A stretch of DNA of 20,000 nt, taken from assembly GCA_040182905.1 (NCBI GenBank), contig JARQWU010000026.1:48924-68923 (forward strand), given 5' to 3'. Below, in pieces: positions 9,893-17,664 of this stretch (positions are counted from its first letter, which is position 1; each line of letters starts with the position of its first letter). The translations under genes were made by a program, and so were the position numbers. The notes under the pieces were generated by a model. That model worked only from the letters and a program-made list of their open reading frames with translations, was not told the origin of the DNA and did not search any database. This DNA comes from Barthelona sp. PAP020. Lineage: Eukaryota.

Positions 9893-11269
9893 TTAATCTG
9901 GCCAATCATCAAGGTCTAATTCCATACCACCGAAATCATCATCTAAAGTGTTGTCAACAATTTCAATATCACCAAAATCAAAATCATCTGCCAAAGTATC
10001 AAAATCAATTTTTGTTGAAATATTGTTATCATCAACAGGTGTGCCAAGATTTTGTTTAACTGTGCTCAATTGATTTGATTTTATTGATTTTTTCAGATTT
10101 ATTGTGAAAAGAATATCTTTTGACAATTGTTCTTTTTGATACAAATTTTCAAATTTATCAATTGTTTCATCAATTATTGATTCCAACAATCGTTTTGGAA
10201 ACCTATTAAATGTGTCATTTATCAAATTTATTTGATTTGAAAAATTCTCAAAAAACAAACAATTCAACCAAAAGTTTTGAAATATTTTCTGATCTTCATT
10301 ATTCAACACAGAAGGATCACATACAGAAAATAATTTGAATAATAAAAATATATATGTTTTCGTTTCTATTTGTGAGCAATATTCTTTACAATAACTAAAA
10401 ATTTTGTTGAAATATTCAATATTTACATTATATAATAAATAATGCAATATTCTAATATCTATAACCGAATGTTTACGTTGAAAAATCATCAAAATGACAT
10501 TCTGAATGTCAAAATGAATATTTAAATCATTAATATCAACCAAATAGGTCACAGGAACCTTATTGCGATCAAACAATAGTTCCAATTGATGTTTATTTTG
10601 AAAAGAAGGAATCATCAAATGTTTGTCATTTACAACATTTATTTTCTCATTATTTCCTTGTTTTTTTAACAATTGATAAAGTCTCCAAGCCAAACCATAC
10701 CTTAATGATCGCATATGGGAATGAATTTGTTCTAAGATGCTGTCTCCAATTGGATTGGGCGTTTTGATCAATCCACTCCACAAACACAAATTACTTCGGT
10801 ATATTAAAGGATCTTCTTGATCTCTGATAAAATTTGACAAAAAAATACCAATAAAAATGGAAATACAATTTCTTAATTCACTTAAAATATTGGTATATAA
10901 ACCAGTTTGATAATCATTTTGCAAAGAATTAACATAAATTATCGATTTTTGTAATTTTTTAATCATAACATCCAACATTTTTATACAATCATTCAAAGAA
11001 ACTTTTCTTTTATCAAACACAATCAAAGATATATTTAACAAACATTCTAAATGTATTGAAATATTTAAAATGTTCTCCTCATTCTTTGAAATTGAATTTG
11101 ACATTGAAAGCAATCGTTCGTTCAATTCATACCACAAATTCAAATCACAAACATTTAATTTTGTAAAATCAAGAATCTCCATTTCAATAAGAGAGACTAA
11201 AAATGACAAAACACAAACAAAATGAAAAAGTTCTTTCTGAAGAATAATTTTTTTTTGTGTTTCTGACAT
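9893..11269 (-). CDS. Hypothetical, probably alpha-helical protein with an acidic aromatic C-terminal tail
   Basis: Long ORF. The track start at 11341 is GTG; in-frame ATGs are at 11269 (MSETQ) and 11182 (MEILDF), so the true start is uncertain. Ends ...ADDFDFGDIEIVDNTLDDDFGGMELDLDDWPD. Followed by an ATAAATATGTTTT 3' motif. Confidence 0.7.
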   Translation of the reverse strand: MSETQKKIILQKELFHFVCVLSFLVSLIEMEILDFTKLNVCDLNLWYELNERLLSMSNSISKNEENILNISIHLECLLNISLIVFDKRKVSLNDCIKMLDVMIKKLQKSIIYVNSLQNDYQTGLYTNILSELRNCISIFIGIFLSNFIRDQEDPLIYRSNLCLWSGLIKTPNPIGDSILEQIHSHMRSLRYGLAWRLYQLLKKQGNNEKINVVNDKHLMIPSFQNKHQLELLFDRNKVPVTYLVDINDLNIHFDIQNVILMIFQRKHSVIDIRILHYLLYNVNIEYFNKIFSYCKEYCSQIETKTYIFLLFKLFSVCDPSVLNNEDQKIFQNFWLNCLFFENFSNQINLINDTFNRFPKRLLESIIDETIDKFENLYQKEQLSKDILFTINLKKSIKSNQLSTVKQNLGTPVDDNNISTKIDFDTLADDFDFGDIEIVDNTLDDDFGGMELDLDDWPD

Positions 11270-12377
11270 GTTAAATGGTAGTTTAGACAAAGATGCACAT
11301 AATAGAATTCCATTACTTAAAGATGATGATTTTTTAAGCACTCTTATTTCAACGAAAGCAGCAAAACTTATTCAGCCGAATAAATTTTCTTTTGGAATTG
11401 TTGTTGCTAATTTTGACAACCATAAAGGACCAACATTACAATATCAAAAAAATTGTGATTCTTTTGGGGAATTGAATGGGATTGAATCCATTTTAATATC
11501 TTCAATTTTTCAAAATAGCAGAGTTGGATTTACTTTAGCGACATTTGATACTGTTTTACAGGGTAGAATTTTTGTTTTAATTCGATATAATTCTTGGCCT
11601 GATTCTAACAATGAACGAAATGTTTCAATTGTGTCTGTTGGTATTATTTCAACTTTTATACCACCATTGGCATCTATATATCATATTCTCAAAGAACAAC
11701 CGGAAAAATTTGCTTTGGATTCTTCATTATTGGACAATTTTTTTTCAATCTGCCAACAAGAAATAAATGTTGCAATACCTAATCCTTTATTGTCAGAAGT
11801 TAATGTATTTTCACCAGGTATTACTCGAAGGATGGTTCAATCTTTATTGTTGTCACAAAGTGTAGTAATTTGTTCTTCGCAGAATCCCTTTGATTTGAGC
11901 ATTTTAGTTTATCAAATCGCTGTTGTAACAAACACCAAGCCTTTGTTTATATTATCTCATTTCGATGTCCCTATCATTTCCACCATAAAAGAGCCATTTA
12001 TTGCATTTACCAATGATCGAACACTTGCAATGGAAATTTCAAACGCATGTTCTGGTGCTATTTATGTTTCATCGGAAGTCTATCAGCCAACAATTACTTT
12101 GAAAGGAGGGTTAATATCAGAACTTGAAAACAGTGTCAATGAACATTTTACAGAAAAATTACATTCCCAAAATAAAAACAATTCACAGTCTATGATAAAT
12201 TTGACCCAAATATATTTGAAACAGATTTTGGATCTTTCTCAAAGCCACACAAAAATTAAATTTAGTGATGTTAGAGAGCTTTATAATTGGGATAAAACCG
12301 ATTATTTTGTTTTCAAATGTTTGTGTCGTGAACATGAATTGGAGGTTGAGTTTTTTTGCTTTGATTGTTGTTGTTGA
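11268..12377 (+). CDS. DENND11: DENN-domain protein, DENND11/LCHN (KIAA1147)-like putative Rab GEF
   Basis: Longin-type start IVVANFDNHKGPTLQY; ERNVSIVSVGIIS resembles LCHN ERGARMKSVGILS; KPLF...D...FIAFTND core; Cys-rich end (FDCCC) like the LCHN NPCCP terminus. Recognised from recalled family motifs. Confidence 0.75.
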   Translation: MLNGSLDKDAHNRIPLLKDDDFLSTLISTKAAKLIQPNKFSFGIVVANFDNHKGPTLQYQKNCDSFGELNGIESILISSIFQNSRVGFTLATFDTVLQGRIFVLIRYNSWPDSNNERNVSIVSVGIISTFIPPLASIYHILKEQPEKFALDSSLLDNFFSICQQEINVAIPNPLLSEVNVFSPGITRRMVQSLLLSQSVVICSSQNPFDLSILVYQIAVVTNTKPLFILSHFDVPIISTIKEPFIAFTNDRTLAMEISNACSGAIYVSSEVYQPTITLKGGLISELENSVNEHFTEKLHSQNKNNSQSMINLTQIYLKQILDLSQSHTKIKFSDVRELYNWDKTDYFVFKCLCREHELEVEFFCFDCCC

Positions 12378-12393
12378 TATTTTTTCTTATTTA

Positions 12394-12406
12394 AATAAAT
12401 TGTTTG
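12394..12406 (+). terminator. Putative polyadenylation signal
   Basis: AATAAATTGTTTG 16 nt after the DENND11 stop, followed by a T run. Confidence 0.5.
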
Positions 12407-12592
12407 TTTTTTTTTTTTTTTGATTTGATAATTTATTTGTTTGAATTAACTGATTGTTTTTGTAATTTTTGAAAAAAAGAAAAAAAATCAAATCTTTTAA
12501 AAAAGAAAGGAGATTTGACATTTGCAAAAGTCCAGATACTTTTGTGTGAATCTCATATAAATCAGCAACAAAATTCTTCCTGTTTTTTATAC

Positions 12593-14593
12593 ATGGATAA
12601 TAATAAGCTACCAATTACTGAACAATCGAATCCATTGACCATTAATATTGATTTGCAAGACTCACTTGGAATATTGAGAAATTTACGACAAGTTGACAAC
12701 CAGATATTTGTTGGTTACGATACATATCCTTCATTATTAGAAACAAGTTCAATCGATAAAATTGAAGAATTATCCAAATTGTTGTTGTCTGTTTTGAATT
12801 CAAATGATGGACTCATTATTTTTTCAGGTGCTGGAACATCAGGACGTTTGGGTGCTCTATGTACATCTTTGTACAACGAAAAATTAATTAAAATGAATAG
12901 AAGACCTTGTTTCAAATTTATTTTAGCTGGAGGTCCTAAAGCTTTGGTGAAAGCTCAAGAAGGTGCTGAAGACAGTTCAGAGTTAGCTATTGGTGATATT
13001 GAACAAATCTTAACAAAATATCAACCCTCTAAATTGATGTTTATTGGTATTACTTGTGGATTTTCTGCAAATTATATAGCTTCGCAAATGGAATATTTAT
13101 TGAAGAATACTCCCCATGATGTTGTTTTGATGGGATTCAATCCCATTGAAAAGGCAAGAAATTTCAAACAAAAATGTTTGAACAATCGATCTTTTAAAGA
13201 TGTTTTAGATGAATGTCTTGAATACAATAAATTTCATGTGCTAAATCCAATTGTTGGACCAGAAGCTATTACTGGTTCAACTAGAATGAAATCAGGTACA
13301 ATCACGAAAATTCTTTGTGATTTAATTTTTCACAAAGCTTTATATCCTTCTATGGCCATACGTCAAGCTGTTAATCATTATCGTCGAGCGGTTGATTGTG
13401 CTTATTCTAATTTGCCTGCATTGGCTTCTATTATTGATTCAGTATCAACAGCTATTATTCATGGAGAACGTTTATTTTATGTCGGTTCAGGTGTTGCTGG
13501 AGCATTAGGATTAATTGATGCCAGTGAATGTCCTCCTACATTTGGTGCTGATTTTAATACCGTCAGAGGATTTGTTGAAGGTGGATGGGAGATTTATAGA
13601 ACTTCTGGTACTGATGATGTTTTGGGGTTGTCTTCTGAAGGGAACCTTTTTGAAATCAGTTTGAGTGGATTTTGTGATTTAATTGAACGCTCTGGTTTAA
13701 CACAAAAAGATACAGTTGTGTTTTTGGCGTTGAATGCATTAACTCCACGTCAAGTTGAATTGCAAAAACTGTTAGCTGAAATGTCAGTTTTATCCTACAC
13801 CATCATTGTGACTGATCGTATGGTTGTGGAAGAAAATAGTGGCAATTCTTCAGATATTGAGGACATCTTTTATGAAAAGCCAGTTGATGAAATGGAAAAA
13901 ATTCAAACAAACTGTTTTATTCCAAAGGAAAAAAATTTTTGGGTACCTGTGGATCGTTTTGTTACATATGATGATTATGTTGCTCGTGTTACTGAAGCGA
14001 AACCATATTTGCCAAAAATGAGATCTGCAAATATTGATGAAATTCCCAGTTTGTTTGATTGGGAGATGTTAGTTGATGATAACAATGAAAATGCGTTTGT
14101 TTCTAGTTTACCTACTTCCAATCATATCATAGAATCACATTATGATTGTCAAACATGTTCAACTCTTGTTTTGCAATTACCTTTGGCTGGTTTTACCAAT
14201 GGTTCCACTGAATTTGCTCAAATTGCGCTAAAATTGGTGTTAAATGCTATCACAACTTCATCATTTGTGTTGACTGGGAAGGTATTCAGAAATCTGATGG
14301 TAGATCTTAGAGTTTCCAATGCAAAGCTCTTTCAAAGATCCATCAATATTATTTCTGCTGTTACTCATGAATCTAAAGAAAAGTCCAAAGACTTGCTTTT
14401 GAAATCAATTTACAGAAGAAACAACTACCCAGATTTACCTGTAAATGGATATGTTGATGCTGCTGCTGATGTTACAAAGATTATTCCTGTTGCTTTATTG
14501 TTATCAACAGGAAAATTTGATGTATGGCAGGCTGTTGATGCACTACAAGGAAATCCTATTGTAAGAAGTGTTGTAATAGCCCATTTGGAATGA
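12593..14593 (+). CDS. GCKR: Glucokinase regulatory protein-like, tandem SIS-domain protein of the GCKR/MurQ family
   Basis: ATG at 12593 (the track start at 12515 is TTG). PITEQSNPLT, SGAGTSGR, AGG..ALVKAQEGAED, IGITCGFSA, GFNPIEKARN, LNPIVGPEAITGSTRMKSG, DASECPPTFGADF and GKVFRNLMVDLRVSNAKLFQR are colinear with vertebrate GCKR over both SIS domains. Confidence 0.88.
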   Translation: MDNNKLPITEQSNPLTINIDLQDSLGILRNLRQVDNQIFVGYDTYPSLLETSSIDKIEELSKLLLSVLNSNDGLIIFSGAGTSGRLGALCTSLYNEKLIKMNRRPCFKFILAGGPKALVKAQEGAEDSSELAIGDIEQILTKYQPSKLMFIGITCGFSANYIASQMEYLLKNTPHDVVLMGFNPIEKARNFKQKCLNNRSFKDVLDECLEYNKFHVLNPIVGPEAITGSTRMKSGTITKILCDLIFHKALYPSMAIRQAVNHYRRAVDCAYSNLPALASIIDSVSTAIIHGERLFYVGSGVAGALGLIDASECPPTFGADFNTVRGFVEGGWEIYRTSGTDDVLGLSSEGNLFEISLSGFCDLIERSGLTQKDTVVFLALNALTPRQVELQKLLAEMSVLSYTIIVTDRMVVEENSGNSSDIEDIFYEKPVDEMEKIQTNCFIPKEKNFWVPVDRFVTYDDYVARVTEAKPYLPKMRSANIDEIPSLFDWEMLVDDNNENAFVSSLPTSNHIIESHYDCQTCSTLVLQLPLAGFTNGSTEFAQIALKLVLNAITTSSFVLTGKVFRNLMVDLRVSNAKLFQRSINIISAVTHESKEKSKDLLLKSIYRRNNYPDLPVNGYVDAAADVTKIIPVALLLSTGKFDVWQAVDALQGNPIVRSVVIAHLE

Positions 14594-14740
14594 AATATTA
14601 TTTACCAAAAGAAAGAATGGAAAAAAAACAGATAATAAAACAATTTATAGGAAACAAAAAGCTCATACTTTTCGGTAAACAAAACTCAAATTTTTTATTT
14701 ATTCAACTTTGTTCATCGTTGAAAATTTTGGACTTGAAAA

Positions 14741-15682
14741 TCAAATCACATCATTGTCAACATCATCACTCTTTGCTTTTGTCCCTTCAGGACTGGATAT
14801 TGGTGACAATTTTGTTTTATTGACATCAGTGGCCATTATTAAAATGGGTTGTTCTTCTGTTTTCATATCAAATGAATCATGTTCCTCTGTAAAATTGTCC
14901 TCTACCTTTGCTATAGTGTTTAAATTGCATGAAAAATCATTAAAAAACGAAAAACTAGAAGAAGAAGATGATGATGATGATGAACCAGAAGACGATACAG
15001 ATGAAGAAGAGGAAATGGTAGAATCTAAAAAAGAGGGTGATACACTGTTCGTTTTATTGCTATTATCTGTATTTAACTCTTGATTCTTTTTTTTTGAAAC
15101 AAAACGACCAGAAGAGTCTCTAGATCTGTTTCTTGCAGCAGTAGATTTCTTTGTCGGGCCACCAATTTTTTTGTGTTGTTTTTTAAATCTTCGCTGTAAC
15201 ATAAATGTCTTAGAAATGTTCTTTCGATAAACAGGATCAAAACATTTAACTTCATCCGGTATATCGGTAGTTTTTTCTGTTTTATTCATCATCAAACTGG
15301 ATGATGGACTATGATTTTGAATTGAAAACGATAAATTATGAACATTGGGTGACAAAACATTCAGGCTATTTGTTGGGGAATAAAATACAGAAGTATCAAA
15401 ATGCATTCCATCATTCATCATAGGAATAAACATAGGATACAATATTTGATCATTTGTTGAATTTGGTATTGTCGGTGATATTGATGGACTATATGTTGAA
15501 AGATGACTAAATGAAGGTTCAAATACTAATAAACTTGGATGAATATTATCGGTAGACAAGTTTGTAATTGCAGAAGAAGACAAAACATTGTTTTCACAGG
15601 TTTCGGGAGTTGCAGAAAAGACAGTTTCCCAAACACTTTCTTCTTTTTTTTGATCAGGATTATCTTTTTCATGATCACCCAT
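14741..15682 (-). CDS. Low-complexity Ser-rich protein with a basic NF-YA(HAP2)/CCT-like motif; putative transcription factor
   Basis: ATG at 15682 (15685 is GTG). S/P/M/N-rich N-terminus, basic block LQRRFKKQHKK...STAARNRSRDSSGRFVSKKK, poly-Ser tract. Followed by AATAAA and a GTTT-rich tract on the minus strand. Confidence 0.65.
   Translation of the reverse strand: MGDHEKDNPDQKKEESVWETVFSATPETCENNVLSSSAITNLSTDNIHPSLLVFEPSFSHLSTYSPSISPTIPNSTNDQILYPMFIPMMNDGMHFDTSVFYSPTNSLNVLSPNVHNLSFSIQNHSPSSSLMMNKTEKTTDIPDEVKCFDPVYRKNISKTFMLQRRFKKQHKKIGGPTKKSTAARNRSRDSSGRFVSKKKNQELNTDNSNKTNSVSPSFLDSTISSSSSVSSSGSSSSSSSSSSFSFFNDFSCNLNTIAKVEDNFTEEHDSFDMKTEEQPILIMATDVNKTKLSPISSPEGTKAKSDDVDNDVI
14957..15011 (-). 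repeat. Imperfect trinucleotide (GAA/GAT on +) run encoding poly-Ser
   Basis: agaagaagaagatgatgatgatgatgaaccagaagacgatacagatgaagaagagg; encodes SSSSVSSSGSSSSSSSSSS in the minus-strand CDS. Confidence 0.7.
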
Positions 15683-16225
15683 CACGAAAAAAAATATATA
15701 CCATCAATTGTTGTAAACATGCCAATTTTTCATTCGGTCCACAAAAATTCTCCTTTCATATCTTCAAAAATATTTATTATTGACATAAAATCAAACATAA
15801 GTCTCAAATATTATCAATAATTGACAAACTAATACAGTTTCAAAAAATTGAAAGAATTTATGAATTATTATTTAATAATTCTTGTGTTTTGTTGTTGTAA
15901 TCAGTACATATTTTCCTTTATTTTCACATTGTAAAGTTGTTCCTATTTGAAAGACAATTAGATATTTTGATTTTTACCTCAAAAGATGCAATACTTTTTA
16001 CAATTTCAACACATGACAGGAAATATTCATTACATAATTGTTTAAATGTTTCAATTAATTTTAGTTTTTTCAGTTTTCAAAAACAATGAATTTTTATTTT
16101 ATTGTTGGCATTAATAATAAAAAAATTAAACAACCAACAAAAAATTCAAACCAATTGCCAAAAGTATTTGAGAAACATGTTTATGACACTTTTTTTTTTA
16201 CATGCGAATGGAAATTTACACCTAA

Positions 16226-17239
16226 ATGAATGATTTGCAATTGTTATCTGAATATTTAGATCCTTCATTTAAAGTTCAAGAAGATGAAAACCACTTATTA
16301 TTTTGTAATTACACCAATTTTGGAAGTTCTTTGCAGACATTGAAAGAATTATTGAATCTGAATGATTTTGATGACAGTAAATTGAATTTTATCAATCCAA
16401 ATCAATTTGATTTAATAAATATAATTAATCTTATGTACGATATGTTAATGATGATCAATAAAAAAACAGAGAAAATTGATACATTAGAAGAAGATTTTCA
16501 CATTTATAATTCAAATATTAACATTTTAAAACAATCAAATGAAGAATTGAAGAAAACAATTTCCAATAAAGAAAAAGAATTGTTCAAAACCAAATTACAA
16601 TTTGAACAATTAAAAAAAGACTTTATTCAAACCCAAGAAATTTTCAATGTGAAGGAAAAGAATTTTTTAAAGGAATTACAAACATTGAAGTTCAAAACAA
16701 AACAATATATTCATGATCTAAAACGAAAAGACTTAGATAATGAAAAACTAAAAAATCGAATTCGAAGTTTTACAGCTAAAAATTCCAATTTGAATGTGGA
16801 TACCTATTTTGAAGTAGAACCCATAATATGTAATATAGATACACAACAATTTAAAGGCTATGCGTATCGAAGTTTTGAAGAAAATATTCATGATATGTAT
16901 AATTTAAAAATAGAACAATTGTTAGCCGAAAATGATGGTTTAAGAACACGTTTAAAAAATTTCCGCCAAAATTTACGAAAGATTGTGATTAATTCAGAAG
17001 AAGATAAACTCTCAGATCGATCAAACTCTTTAAATGATTTACCATTAGAATTGAATCATGGATTAAAAGTTGATGTGGATAGAGATTTCAATTGTATTGT
17101 TGAAAATGAGAAAAATATTTCCAATTTTCATCGTCTTAACAGTATTATTGAGGATTTAAAAGATCAAAATATTAATCCAATGATAATAATGAATTTAGAA
17201 AATATTTTAAATGATATTTTTAAGAAAAATTCTTTGTAA
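16226..17239 (+). CDS. SSX2IP: SSX2IP/ADIP/Msd1-like centrosomal, basal-body coiled-coil protein
   Basis: FCNYTNFGSSLQTLKELL, IINLMYDML, TKQYIHDLKRKDLDNEKLKNRI and QLLAENDGLR parallel SSX2IP FCTEDNIEQSISYL, VLNCMNELL, TQYNHDMKRKEREYNKLKERL and ILMENAELK. Confidence 0.78.
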   Translation: MNDLQLLSEYLDPSFKVQEDENHLLFCNYTNFGSSLQTLKELLNLNDFDDSKLNFINPNQFDLINIINLMYDMLMMINKKTEKIDTLEEDFHIYNSNINILKQSNEELKKTISNKEKELFKTKLQFEQLKKDFIQTQEIFNVKEKNFLKELQTLKFKTKQYIHDLKRKDLDNEKLKNRIRSFTAKNSNLNVDTYFEVEPIICNIDTQQFKGYAYRSFEENIHDMYNLKIEQLLAENDGLRTRLKNFRQNLRKIVINSEEDKLSDRSNSLNDLPLELNHGLKVDVDRDFNCIVENEKNISNFHRLNSIIEDLKDQNINPMIIMNLENILNDIFKKNSL

Positions 17240-17664
17240 ATTTCATTTAATAATTGCGTTATCAATAATAAATTCAATTGTAGACTTTTTTGTTTTATTT
17301 TTTCCTTTTAATTCCAGAATTTTTAATTTTGTGGGTGATTATAGCCAACAAAGCCGAAGAATAGATTTGTTTTTTGCTTTGATTGATTTTCCTTCTTTTT
17401 TTTTTTCCATTCAAAAATAAAATTAAACCATTACAATGCAATTACTTCAAAATATTATTATTTAAAGATTCCAAACAATTCTTGAAAATCTTTAAAAATA
17501 GAATGGGTCTGATTTATCCAGTTTCACGATATCCTTTCAAATAATCTAACAAATGAGAAATTTCTTCGATGAAAAAAACAATTGAAGATTCAAAAAAAAA
17601 ATGTGGAAGAAATTGACTTTGAAATAAAGTAGTTTTTTCTTGACAATTAAACAGTGTATATGTC

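Noticed and set aside
11270..11341. 74-bp CDS overlap implied by the GTG start at 11341
   Set aside because: Non-ATG start in a eukaryote; the extension is just the antisense of the DENND11 N-terminus.
12502..12517. AAAGGAGA followed by TTG, resembling a Shine-Dalgarno site before the GCKR-like ORF
   Set aside because: The context is eukaryotic, family similarity starts only after ATG 12593, and the spacing is too short. Treated as chance.
13820..14160. Intein as the explanation of the GCKR-like insertion
   Set aside because: No N-terminal Cys/Ser block A, no terminal His-Asn followed by C/S/T, and it is too short.
15860..16080. Possible small spliced gene on the minus strand (GTAAAA...CTAAT...AG segment) in the divergent spacer
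   Set aside because: No ATG in the open frame and no recognisable product; consistent with AT-rich promoter DNA.
17500..17620. Short upstream ORFs before the MAK gene
   Set aside because: Expected by chance in AT-rich sequence, and the TSS is unknown, so they may not be in the mRNA.
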